A DNA stretch of 64,000 nucleotides, from positions 1 through 64,000 of IMG/VR virus record IMGVR_UViG_3300029288_000056; one strand, 5' to 3'. Below the pieces are notes generated by a model, which saw only the letters and a list, made by a program, of their open reading frames with translations, did not search any database and had not been told where the DNA came from. The position numbers and the translations under genes were made by a program. Shown here in pieces: positions 46,113-55,190 of the stretch. Source of the stretch: a virus (taxonomy: Duplodnaviria; Caudoviricetes). Each line of letters opens with the position of its first letter. Within the stretch, counting starts at the first letter, position 1.

Positions 46113-47684
46113 CTAATCTACGTTGAAGTATTTCATACAAGTAGCGAGAAGTTCGTCATAATCTCCCGCCGTGGCTTCATTCATAAATTCGTCTATCTGC
46201 TCTTTAGACCAGCCCGCTTTGCGCGCTGCTCTCTGCGCAAGACCCAGTACGTTAAAAGCGTTGCCGTCTTGGTCTACTAAGGTTAGAGGTGGTTTATCGG
46301 TCGGAATCGCTGCATCTAATTTTTCACGCGAAGCTGCAATCTGGTCTGGTTCTAATACGATTGTCCATCCATCATACCCTTCGCCATGAACAATATTAAT
46401 ACAGTGATATCCAAACCCCAATAAAACACTGTCAACCCTGTTAACTGGATTAAGTATTGTTGGGTCAAGAGCTTCAGTTCCTTCTGGTTCATAAGGGTCT
46501 AAAACATCAATTAGTAAACCTCCGGACTCGTCTTCCCTTACTTGGCCCACATGCCAGCCATCCCGATTTAAGACGTCGGTAATTCGTTGTTTGATATCTC
46601 CTGCAGCCTCGAGCTTCTGTTTGGATGCACTTAAACTCTCATCTGGTCCTATAAGGATCTTCCACCCGCGCGCATCCGGTTCAATGTCTATAACCCCTTG
46701 ACCGAATGGGCCGAGTTTTTCGTCTAACCCTGATTCTAAACCAACGATCTCGTCGTCGTCGGCATAGTCGAAACCGCTCTTGCCGCCTTCGTTGATTATC
46801 ATTCCGAACTTACCAGAGTTGGGGAAAATTTGTTCCCACACTACCCTGTATCCAAGACCCTCAACGTAATCTTTTGCTACGTTTTCTGGATGGTCTAAAA
46901 GAGCGGCTTGGAGTTTACCGCGAGATGCGTTTTTAAAATATTTCATGGTTTCCCCTTTATTTGCTGTTAATTTATGTACTATTGATATTGTAAAGTCGCT
47001 GAAGATCCCTTCATCATCGGTGGTAACTACGTTTTCTACGTAGTAGCCTTTACCCATAATGTTTAGGGCTTTCTGAACCTCTTGTTTTACCCGGTCTGCG
47101 TGCCAAGCCGTATGGCAGCGCACGTTAAATAGACTGCCTTGAGTCGTCTCTGTGACGCTGTCCACGTTTATGCCGTTGAGCGCGAGTGCATTTGATATCT
47201 CGGTCGTCACTCCACCTTCTCCGATGAGAAAGTTAAAAAGCTTATTAGTTAGACTTGCTTTCAATGACTCTCCTTCCAGTGAGATCTTGTCAATCTCTTG
47301 CTGAAGCTCTCCTAAAATCTTTGTCAGAGAAACATTAAGCTTATCGTTCAGTTCTTTTCTGCCGTCAAAATCGAAAGAATCGTCGTCGTAGAATAGGTCG
47401 TTTGGTTTGATGTAGTCTATACTGCCTATAACCCGACACATCATTGTATCAAAGGTGTTGTTTTCGTTCTCCGGCCGATAGAAACAGACGTCTACGTCAA
47501 CCCATGCACTTTCGTCTTCGTAAGTTATGGGAAAACGAGAGGAGATACCGTAGTCAAATTCGCCCTCTATGGCAAAAAAGTCCGGCGAAACTCCATCAGA
47601 AATGATGCCACAATGCTTTAGGAATTCTCGCGTAAGGGCTAGGTACTGATCTCTCTCAACATCAACTACTTTACTTTCGGCCAT
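46113..47684 (-). CDS. five-domain putative internal polyprotein
   Basis: linkers LKAS, MKYFKNASRGKLQAA, LSASKQKLEAA and IAASREKLDAA; last domain contains DGNAF...ATAGDY. Confidence 0.7.
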   Translation of the reverse strand: MAESKVVDVERDQYLALTREFLKHCGIISDGVSPDFFAIEGEFDYGISSRFPITYEDESAWVDVDVCFYRPENENNTFDTMMCRVIGSIDYIKPNDLFYDDDSFDFDGRKELNDKLNVSLTKILGELQQEIDKISLEGESLKASLTNKLFNFLIGEGGVTTEISNALALNGINVDSVTETTQGSLFNVRCHTAWHADRVKQEVQKALNIMGKGYYVENVVTTDDEGIFSDFTISIVHKLTANKGETMKYFKNASRGKLQAALLDHPENVAKDYVEGLGYRVVWEQIFPNSGKFGMIINEGGKSGFDYADDDEIVGLESGLDEKLGPFGQGVIDIEPDARGWKILIGPDESLSASKQKLEAAGDIKQRITDVLNRDGWHVGQVREDESGGLLIDVLDPYEPEGTEALDPTILNPVNRVDSVLLGFGYHCINIVHGEGYDGWTIVLEPDQIAASREKLDAAIPTDKPPLTLVDQDGNAFNVLGLAQRAARKAGWSKEQIDEFMNEATAGDYDELLATCMKYFNVD

Positions 47685-48138
47685 TTAGCTTGTCGTCCAT
47701 ACTATAGGCGTCGCCGCCGGTTTCGGTGACAAAGTCCTTGTCGTCAATCTGGTCTATGTCGTTAAACTTCTCATAGTTCTCAGAGTCGTCGGTGTTGGGC
47801 AGTTCGTTATCGTAGTCGTCCACGAACATCTTCAGTTTCGCATTAGCGGAACCGTCGTTGTCTGAGACTAACTCGTCCATTGTGGTTGCGAGATTCTCAA
47901 TCGCGTAGTCCAACCCGGCAATGACACTGTTAAGAACATCTTCTTGATCCGTGCCACTAAAGACGGAAAGACCGTCAATGAGCTGATTTTGAAGGCTCGT
48001 CAATAAGTCGTATTTGTCACCCAAGTCGTAGCCGATCTGATCAAGTTGCTGATAGATGCTGCGGATCTTGGTTGAAGTGTTCTTAAGACTCATGTCCTCT
48101 GCTTGGGCATGAAGCATTTGCCAAAATTTATTGTTCAT
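47671..48138 (-). CDS. acidic putative internal protein
   Basis: MNNKFWQMLHA leader. Confidence 0.6.
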   Translation of the reverse strand: MNNKFWQMLHAQAEDMSLKNTSTKIRSIYQQLDQIGYDLGDKYDLLTSLQNQLIDGLSVFSGTDQEDVLNSVIAGLDYAIENLATTMDELVSDNDGSANAKLKMFVDDYDNELPNTDDSENYEKFNDIDQIDDKDFVTETGGDAYSMDDKLNGRK

Positions 48139-48149
48139 TATTCTCCTTT

Positions 48150-48911
48150 TTATGCGTGATAAAAACCATCTTCTACGGAAAATCTCTTAAGAGGTTGGTC
48201 AATTTTATATATCTCACCATTATCTGAAAACTTCTGTAGTTCTTCGGGTTCAAAATGCTCATATATGTCTGCCCAATCTGAATTTAACAAACCTATATTA
48301 TCAGTGTAAGGTGTGAACAATTCCCCTGAATTTCCGAATTCATACCAATCTTGCTGCATAATTGCTTCAATATCTTTTTTAACTTCTTCGGTGGTAAAAT
48401 TAGAGCCTACAAAATCCGGTATCCAAACCAACTTACCTGTATCAACAGGGTCTCCATTTTGATCTACATATTTACCGATTTCGGCTTCTAACTTATTCTT
48501 TGATGCGTTTCCCATCGGGTAATTCTCTATTTCATCTTCTGGGGAATTTTCCACGATCTGTCTGATTTGTTCGTCGCTAAAGAAACCGTCTATAACGCCA
48601 TCGGTTACATCGTCGAACATTTTTAAAAACTGTTCCTCAAATTCGGGTGCGTTGTAAAACCGAATAACGTATTCCGGAAACGTTTCTTCACCGACCGGAC
48701 CGTTGACCGTGATTTGTCCGTTAGAGATGTTGGTAATCTCCGAGTAGTCGCTAGGGCTGGCTGGACTTGACACCATATTCCCAACCTCGTACTGGCTAGG
48801 CTCGGTTTGCCAATCTATTGCAGCCTGAAGCTTAGACGCACTAATGTTTGTGCCGTTAATCAGATTAGAAACGATTTCCTTAACCTTATCGGCATTTTTT
48901 ATGTATTGCAT
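48150..48911 (-). CDS. putative internal polyprotein (MQYIKN leader)
   Basis: MQYIKNADKV; ISASKLQAA; NASKNKLEAE. Confidence 0.65.
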   Translation of the reverse strand: MQYIKNADKVKEIVSNLINGTNISASKLQAAIDWQTEPSQYEVGNMVSSPASPSDYSEITNISNGQITVNGPVGEETFPEYVIRFYNAPEFEEQFLKMFDDVTDGVIDGFFSDEQIRQIVENSPEDEIENYPMGNASKNKLEAEIGKYVDQNGDPVDTGKLVWIPDFVGSNFTTEEVKKDIEAIMQQDWYEFGNSGELFTPYTDNIGLLNSDWADIYEHFEPEELQKFSDNGEIYKIDQPLKRFSVEDGFYHA

Positions 48912-48920
48912 AGTATCTCC

Positions 48921-49064
48921 TTATTCAATGTAGTCTTCGCGCGCTTCATGCCCGTCGAAGTCGTCGGGCAGGTACTGAAGAGCCTCTTCTAAAATGTAGT
49001 TCCTGTTAACATACTCAAAGTAGCTAACTGCGTCTAGCCTACTTATATCTTCGTCGTCGTTCAT
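48921..49064 (-). CDS. small acidic protein, 47 aa (below ORF-track cutoff)
   Basis: ATGA overlap with the upstream stop; MNDDEDISRLDAVSYF...EDYIE; fills the gap and ends just before the next gene's SD. Confidence 0.65.
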   Translation of the reverse strand: MNDDEDISRLDAVSYFEYVNRNYILEEALQYLPDDFDGHEAREDYIE

Positions 49065-49486
49065 TTTGCTAAAATTTTCTCAAAGGTAGCTGTGCCGGGG
49101 ATAGAGCAATCAATGTCGTCAAGCACACTCTTAAACCGTTTATTGCCCGCATTAACTTGCTGCCACGCAAACTCTTCCTCGAGCTCGCCGATCTTAGCAA
49201 TAAGACTTGTTGCCTGAAAACCTATCGTTCCGTAAGTCTGAACGACGTAGGTTCTTATCTTTTTAGCAATAGACCCAAAGGTCAGAATTGTAATCACATA
49301 TAGCCACGCTTCTACATCAGGACTTGCCGCTATACTCGCTGCGTCGATGTCCTCATAGGGAACGTTGATTTTCGTATTCTTTCGTAAATATGAAATTATA
49401 TCTGCGATTGATACGCCCCATCTTTGGGCGATGTCAAGCTTTGATTTAAGTAACTTAACATCTTGATTCGTAAATTTATCTGCCAT
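49061..49486 (-). CDS. hypothetical protein
   Basis: AGGAGG SD after a class B promoter. Confidence 0.6.
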   Translation of the reverse strand: MADKFTNQDVKLLKSKLDIAQRWGVSIADIISYLRKNTKINVPYEDIDAASIAASPDVEAWLYVITILTFGSIAKKIRTYVVQTYGTIGFQATSLIAKIGELEEEFAWQQVNAGNKRFKSVLDDIDCSIPGTATFEKILAK

Positions 49487-49504
49487 ATTAATCCTCCTGA
49501 TACG

Positions 49505-49538
49505 ATTGTATAATAGTTGTTATTTGCACTAATTAGTC
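49505..49538 (-). promoter_or_regulatory. putative class B promoter
   Basis: GACTAATTA-19bp-TACAAT. Confidence 0.5.
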
Positions 49539-50140
49539 TTTCTTTTTTTTCGCTCTGTTACTTCGGCTTTTACAAACTCGCAGGCGTATCCGCGCTCAAT
49601 AAGCTCTTGCATAATCGCATTTCGTTCGTCTTCGGCAGGGCAAGTTACCATGAATTTATACGAAGCTTCATCGGTCGCTTGTTCGTTGTTGGCGCGATTC
49701 ATTCGGTCCTGCTCTTCTTGTAGGGCTTTCTTCATCTCGTCTTCCGAATACTGCCAGCTGAGGTCAATTCCGTCAAGCACGTCTTGCGCTAAGACTTCGG
49801 CGTCGAGATCATAGTCCAGTTCACTAACCCGGTTATCGGCGTAGACTAATGAACGAGCCTTTCCACCTACGTCATCCTCTAGATTAAGGTCGGTCCTCTT
49901 TACTATCACTAGTTCGTGACCGTCAGTTTCTACGACCCTTACCTTAAGACCCATCTCGTTCGCTTTTTGCGCCGTCTTGTTTCCACAGAGGACTTCGTTG
50001 TTAACGTCTACCACAATACTTCTACCAGCACCAAGTTTGTGCAACGAATCGTCTAACACTTTGTTTCCACGTTCCGAACCCTTATTCGGATTCCTCCGCA
50101 GTAACTTAACGTCGTCAAGCGATTTGATTTCTTTACTCAT
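49529..50140 (-). CDS. ParB/Srx-like N-terminal domain protein
   Basis: RNPNKG, SLHKLGAGRSIVVD, GNKT and ADNRVSEL motifs. Confidence 0.75.
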   Translation of the reverse strand: MSKEIKSLDDVKLLRRNPNKGSERGNKVLDDSLHKLGAGRSIVVDVNNEVLCGNKTAQKANEMGLKVRVVETDGHELVIVKRTDLNLEDDVGGKARSLVYADNRVSELDYDLDAEVLAQDVLDGIDLSWQYSEDEMKKALQEEQDRMNRANNEQATDEASYKFMVTCPAEDERNAIMQELIERGYACEFVKAEVTERKKRKTN

Positions 50141-50141
50141 G

Positions 50142-50858
50142 TTAACTCCTTAACACATTAAAGTACTTATATTTACTCGCTACCGTCAGTGCGGTATCGG
50201 TTTTTAACTTATTTAATACGGACTCTACGTCCGGTTTGATACTACTCAGGTCGTTCTCGTTCAAAAAGCTGGTCCACACTTCGTAACGCGGGGCCGAGTC
50301 TGTATGCAGAAAGCCTTGAATCTTGCAGCCGATCCTTCCGTATCTCATGTTAGTGGGACTGTCGGTCTTGTAGAAGAACAGCTTTACGATGACGGGCTTT
50401 GCAATCTCCACGTCAGCACTGACACCGTAGTTAGCGTTTTCCAACTGCGCGCCCTTCAACTCACTGATCAAACCACGTCGCCTAAAGACTGTCTGTATCG
50501 ACTGTTGTAAAAGGACGGCCGCGTCCTCTAAGATAAAGCCTTGCTCGTCGCGATAAGAATTCAGAATAATGGTTGAGATGTAGTCTATGTTCGAGACCAC
50601 GGCGTTTCGGTCGATCGTCTCCGGCGTTACGAAGACTTTAATACCGTACAGGGTCGCTCGGTACGTCACCGTCACGATTGCGTTTACGTAAATGCTTTGT
50701 ATCGCACCCTGCAATTCCGTGAGAAAGGCATCCGCTCCGATTGAGGCTTCTGCCTCCGCTTTCGTGGTCGTTCCAACCCACACCTCAATCGTCATCGCGT
50801 CTTGAATGACGGGATGATTGCGGTAGAGATTAGATCGCTTTGAGACGTTGCGCGGCAT
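50142..50858 (-). CDS. hypothetical protein with C-terminal KYF motif
   Basis: ends TVASKYKYFNVLRS. Confidence 0.6.
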   Translation of the reverse strand: MPRNVSKRSNLYRNHPVIQDAMTIEVWVGTTTKAEAEASIGADAFLTELQGAIQSIYVNAIVTVTYRATLYGIKVFVTPETIDRNAVVSNIDYISTIILNSYRDEQGFILEDAAVLLQQSIQTVFRRRGLISELKGAQLENANYGVSADVEIAKPVIVKLFFYKTDSPTNMRYGRIGCKIQGFLHTDSAPRYEVWTSFLNENDLSSIKPDVESVLNKLKTDTALTVASKYKYFNVLRS

Positions 50859-50864
50859 TATTTC

Positions 50865-51056
50865 CTATACTAAGTTCATTTTAGCGTCTTCTAATAGAAC
50901 GATGACGTCTTCGATCAAATCAACGATTCGTTCGTCTATGTCGTTACTTTCGATTATACCTTTTAAAAGGGTAATGGAGTCACTAACCTCATTATATGTC
51001 TGTGATTCTATACTTGGCGGTGGGCCATCAAACCCTGCGTTTTTAAAGTATTTCAT
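50865..51056 (-). CDS. putative internal virion protein (MKYFKN leader)
   Basis: MKYFKNAGFDG. Confidence 0.6.
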   Translation of the reverse strand: MKYFKNAGFDGPPPSIESQTYNEVSDSITLLKGIIESNDIDERIVDLIEDVIVLLEDAKMNLV

Positions 51057-51057
51057 T

Positions 51058-52908
51058 TTAACCTCTCACTGTGTTGTAGTAAATTTCTGCTGCTTGGTAG
51101 TTGTCACCGAAGCTGGTAACCTTTTCATAGTCTTCTTTCAACCAACGTAAAATCTCTTCTGGACTCAAATCGCCGTGCGCTGTCATACTAAAACCATTCG
51201 CATTACCCATCAATCTAGTTTCTTGCCACTTGTTTGAAAAGTCGGCGGGGCCGTTTCTCTCCATCTTTCCTAAACAGACGTCCGGTCCATCCTCAATCAC
51301 GACATAAAAGACGGCGGGTCCGTCTAGCTCCGCCTCTAGTTTGGCGATCTTCTTGAACGAGTCGGTGAGTGATGCTGAGACAGACTCCATTGGTGTACTG
51401 AGATTGATCATAACGTCAGTGTCGTCGGTGAAGTGAATATATAATTGATCCCCACGGTTAGCCGCATAATCAAATTTCTGTAATATATTCTTCTCAACGA
51501 CGTCTAAGCCGACGAGAAATCCGTTATAGGATATAATCTTTGTTGGATTTGTTTTGTGTAGTGCTCTAATATAATCAAGCACACTTTCTTTTGTATCTAA
51601 CTTTCCCTTAATGTGACGGGCGGCGCTAATATTATGTTCTTCGATTAAGTTCAGTAAATCCACGGCAAATGTATATAGTGCTTCGTTAAATTCACCCTCT
51701 CCGAGGAATTCTGTGATTTTACTTGATTCTTGTTCATTTAAAATGATGAAACCCAAACCCAATCTAACCAAAACCTTGTTAGCAAAAGAAGCTAAACGCT
51801 TTGGGTCTCTTGCTCCTCCATCATAAAGTCTCTTAAATTCGTCGCTGAGAATATATGAGTTTTGAACTGAATCAAAAATTTTATCTATCCTTAATTTGTG
51901 AGTGCTATCATCCGCCGCCACACTAGCACCCAACACCCCATTTATCTTAGCGATAAAATGCCCGAACTGCTCTGCGAAGCTGGGGTTATGATAGTCAAAG
52001 GTGCTATTGAACTCAACCTTCGTAGCACACCTTACCGAAACTGCTCCACTAGGATCGTTTATGCCTACTGAGAACTCCGTCCCATCTTTTGTAACCGCCT
52101 TATAGAGGTTTACGAATGTTGTCATTCCGTTATAGTCTGTGCCAAGGTCGTCTACACCGGCACAGTACTTTTGTAGAATGGTAAAGACTGTGTCGTTAGT
52201 CTTTTTATCCGCCTGTAGAGACGCCGCAAAGTTCTGTCGTCTAAATCCCTTTATCTCAGTATCGGCCGATTCAAACGCGGTTAGGCCCGTATCGTGCCAT
52301 TCCTTAATCATTGTGTCAAACATCGCGTCGTAGTGATTCTTGATAACGCGCAAGTAGTTCTGCTCTTGGATCCTTTTGATGAACTGAGCCTTGAAGGTCT
52401 CGAAGTCCCCGACTGGCCCATCCGGTAGCTGATCTTCCGACTCACTTGCTCCTCGATCGCTTAGAATGTCGCCAAAGTAGTAGGGGTCTTCATCTGCAAA
52501 GGCTTGAAGCTTTTTGCAAGCAGCGAACAAATTAAGTCTGGAAGCACTAGCTCGTGGCGTTAGTTCTTCTTTTAACCTGCGAGCAAAATGAGAAATAGTC
52601 GTTGCTTGAAGTGATATACTGGGCGTATTAGGTGTATCCGCCGTTAGATGACAATTTACAAATGTTTCCCATCCATCATAAGCGCTTTTTTCATTACCCG
52701 ATCTGGAACTGCCCAAGAACAGGCTGATAATATATGACTTGCCATTAATTTCCACAAGACGTGACAATCCATTAGCGTTTCTGTGCTCAATATATTTACC
52801 ACCTAATTCCTCAACCACCTTCTTGGCCGCATCATAATACTGTTGCTCAAGTTGTAGTTCTTCTTTTGATTTATAAGCGTTCAGATTTATATTTTTAAAA
52901 TATTTCAT
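51058..52908 (-). CDS. multi-domain putative internal polyprotein (MKYFKN leader)
   Basis: start reassigned to 52908 (AGGAG SD); linkers KKLQA, FAASLQA, LGASVAA, ISAA and KLEAE. Confidence 0.7.
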   Translation of the reverse strand: MKYFKNINLNAYKSKEELQLEQQYYDAAKKVVEELGGKYIEHRNANGLSRLVEINGKSYIISLFLGSSRSGNEKSAYDGWETFVNCHLTADTPNTPSISLQATTISHFARRLKEELTPRASASRLNLFAACKKLQAFADEDPYYFGDILSDRGASESEDQLPDGPVGDFETFKAQFIKRIQEQNYLRVIKNHYDAMFDTMIKEWHDTGLTAFESADTEIKGFRRQNFAASLQADKKTNDTVFTILQKYCAGVDDLGTDYNGMTTFVNLYKAVTKDGTEFSVGINDPSGAVSVRCATKVEFNSTFDYHNPSFAEQFGHFIAKINGVLGASVAADDSTHKLRIDKIFDSVQNSYILSDEFKRLYDGGARDPKRLASFANKVLVRLGLGFIILNEQESSKITEFLGEGEFNEALYTFAVDLLNLIEEHNISAARHIKGKLDTKESVLDYIRALHKTNPTKIISYNGFLVGLDVVEKNILQKFDYAANRGDQLYIHFTDDTDVMINLSTPMESVSASLTDSFKKIAKLEAELDGPAVFYVVIEDGPDVCLGKMERNGPADFSNKWQETRLMGNANGFSMTAHGDLSPEEILRWLKEDYEKVTSFGDNYQAAEIYYNTVRG

Positions 52909-52915
52909 AGGTCTC

Positions 52916-53371
52916 CTAAAACATGTCCGTAACATTTAATGGTTTAAAGTCGTTATTGATCGTGTTGTTCAGTTCCTCGTTTAAAACCTTTTCCGTCAGC
53001 ATAACAAGGTTGTCGGTGTCGATGTTGTCAGGAATGATAATCGGCGATGTCTGTTGGAAGTCTGTAACCGCAGTTGGCCCGACGGTTGACTGCGCGATGA
53101 GATTGTTTTCAAAACTCGTCTTCAGCGCGGTAAGAAGGTCGTCTACCAGTTCGCTGTTGTCTTGATTCGCGTCATAAAGCGGCTGAATGGCGAGATCAAG
53201 ATCGCCCTTATTGTCGGCGTCGAGAATGTGTTTAGCAGCATCGATGGAACCGTAAAGGCCGTTTTCTACATCATCCATTAATTCTAAAGAATCTTCCCAC
53301 CTCAGAACGTAGTCATACTGTTCTCTATTTCTTCTCTGCAGTTCGCTCTTTAAGACGTCCCATTTATTCAT
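52916..53371 (-). CDS. putative internal protein (class III leader)
   Basis: MNKWDVLKS at 53371 (GAGGA SD); linker IDAAKHILDA. Confidence 0.6.
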   Translation of the reverse strand: MNKWDVLKSELQRRNREQYDYVLRWEDSLELMDDVENGLYGSIDAAKHILDADNKGDLDLAIQPLYDANQDNSELVDDLLTALKTSFENNLIAQSTVGPTAVTDFQQTSPIIIPDNIDTDNLVMLTEKVLNEELNNTINNDFKPLNVTDMF

Positions 53372-53372
53372 G

Positions 53373-53555
53373 TTATTCCTCTGCACCCTGTTGAAAATTA
53401 CTGAATTTATCGAGAATAAACGCTAATTGAACCGCCGCGTTTTTAGGGCCTATGTCCTCATTTTGTAATAAATCCCATAATTTCTCTAACTCATCATATA
53501 CCTCGTCAAACAATCCCCAATCAGTCTTGTTTGCTTCTAGTTTAAAGTATCTCAT
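53373..53555 (-). CDS. putative internal virion protein (MRYFKLEA leader)
   Basis: minimal 8-aa leader. Confidence 0.6.
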   Translation of the reverse strand: MRYFKLEANKTDWGLFDEVYDELEKLWDLLQNEDIGPKNAAVQLAFILDKFSNFQQGAEE

Positions 53556-53577
53556 TATATCCCCAATCCACTAAGGT

Positions 53578-53793
53578 CTATACCTTTGTAAGAGTGTCGA
53601 TTAATTCTTTACAATACTTAATAGCAACGTTCCAATCATTAACAGCGTTGGTATACATTGCGTCGCCCGATTCGCCATAATAACTATCTTCGTCTGGCTC
53701 ACTAAAATTAAGTACCTCTAAAATCAAGTTCAGTTTTTCAATATAACTTTGCGCCTTTATTGGGTCAAGGTTGGCGTTCTTAAAATATTTCAT
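53578..53793 (-). CDS. putative internal virion protein (MKYFKN leader)
   Basis: MKYFKNANLDPIKA. Confidence 0.65.
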   Translation of the reverse strand: MKYFKNANLDPIKAQSYIEKLNLILEVLNFSEPDEDSYYGESGDAMYTNAVNDWNVAIKYCKELIDTLTKV

Positions 53794-53802
53794 GTGATCT
53801 CC

Positions 53803-54183
53803 TTATGTTATTACTGTATCTTTAGGTATCCCAGTGAATGGCAAAGCCATATACTCCCTAACTTTGTCAATAGAATCTATTTTTGTATGTCCATAATCAA
53901 TTAAATCAGGTCTTAAGTCGTGGCCGTCACCTGTTATATCACCAGTAGGACTTACATAACAATAGCCGCCAAAAAGAATTTTAAGGGGTAGAATAACAAA
54001 ATGAGTTTCACTATTATATACCACTTCTGCTAATCTTTCCCGATGACTACTTGATTCACCTTTCCAGTCAGAAGAAACCCACCTTACGAACGTGGCGGTT
54101 CCTTGGTGTAACAGGTTTATTTGCTGGCCCTTTTTAATATCACCAACATAAGTGCCAATGGATGCGAATTTGAAATATTTCAT
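53803..54183 (-). CDS. putative internal virion protein (MKYFKF leader)
   Basis: start reassigned to 54183 (AGGGG SD); MKYFKFAS. Confidence 0.6.
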   Translation of the reverse strand: MKYFKFASIGTYVGDIKKGQQINLLHQGTATFVRWVSSDWKGESSSHRERLAEVVYNSETHFVILPLKILFGGYCYVSPTGDITGDGHDLRPDLIDYGHTKIDSIDKVREYMALPFTGIPKDTVIT

Positions 54184-54190
54184 ATTTCCC

Positions 54191-54577
54191 CTAATCGTGT
54201 CCGTATCTAGAAAGCCCGAAACAATCTTCACTGCTGTTACCATAAGGCGGCTTAGCAATATAACTGTCGGGCGGATTCGTATAAAATTCTGTTGTTACTT
54301 TTCTTACTACTTCCCAAACTCGCTCTGGGTCGATGTTGCTCGCCTTCAATTCGGAACGTCTGGTTAAAAGAGTGTCACCTTCATAGCGAATGTGCGGGAC
54401 AAAGATGGTCTCTACAAGTCCAAGCGGTTCTAAGGCTTTGTAAAGTCTTTCCCACAACGTATAGGCACCCAACTTCGTCAGTCCTTTAGGCATCAAGTTC
54501 GAGCCGAGTGCTAAGTAACTTATGGTAGCGTTACCGAATTCTGAGTTTAAGAATTGGCCGAGTTTATTCATCTTCAC
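54191..54577 (-). CDS. putative internal protein (class II leader)
   Basis: MNKLGQFLNS. Confidence 0.55.
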   Translation of the reverse strand: MKMNKLGQFLNSEFGNATISYLALGSNLMPKGLTKLGAYTLWERLYKALEPLGLVETIFVPHIRYEGDTLLTRRSELKASNIDPERVWEVVRKVTTEFYTNPPDSYIAKPPYGNSSEDCFGLSRYGHD

Positions 54578-55190
54578 CGAAGTGTTCTCTAACCAAGTCT
54601 TCTTCCCAATTTTGTTTAGGGTCGTTAACAGAGATCTGAACTTTCCATTCTAGGCTGCCCCAATATCTGAACTTTACTAAGCCCCACATGCTTCCCATGA
54701 AACAGTGAATCAGTTCCGCCTGCATTTTGTCAGAGGTTAGAATGTCTTTCACGCGTACGAAGAATTCGAGATTAGAGTCGTCCATTTCTTTAAGATCGGA
54801 GGCTAGTTCAAACCCACCTTTTGATAGTAACTGATTTATCTTTTGACCGCTCATACTTGTGCTTGTCATATCGCGTAAAAATTCTGCACTAAGTATTTCC
54901 TTATGTGGCCTAAAATAAAGCAGCCATCTATCTAGATTCCAAACCGGTGTAGTATAAGGGCTGATATCAACAACGTCGATCCCATCCTCTATGAGTTGAG
55001 ATTTTATATCTTCTACGATTACTCCCTCCGGGGCAGGGCCTTTGAAACCGAATTCACAGATAACCTCGTCCCCTGCGTTTCGCATACCGATAACTTCACC
55101 GCCGAAATCACGTATGATGAAGTCAACCTTAGTCTCATCTCCAACTCCCGCGGTAAATTTACCGTTTAAAAAATCGTTGAGTTTTCCCAT
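54564..55190 (-). CDS. putative internal protein (class II leader), two related domains
   Basis: MGKLNDFLNGKFTA; internal ILSA. Confidence 0.6.
   Translation of the reverse strand: MGKLNDFLNGKFTAGVGDETKVDFIIRDFGGEVIGMRNAGDEVICEFGFKGPAPEGVIVEDIKSQLIEDGIDVVDISPYTTPVWNLDRWLLYFRPHKEILSAEFLRDMTSTSMSGQKINQLLSKGGFELASDLKEMDDSNLEFFVRVKDILTSDKMQAELIHCFMGSMWGLVKFRYWGSLEWKVQISVNDPKQNWEEDLVREHFGEDE

Noticed and set aside
46113-46136. C-terminal MKYFNVD counted as another tag copy
   Set aside because: It is the last 7 residues of the DGNAF...GDY domain with nothing downstream, so it may be coincidental. It was left out of the counts.
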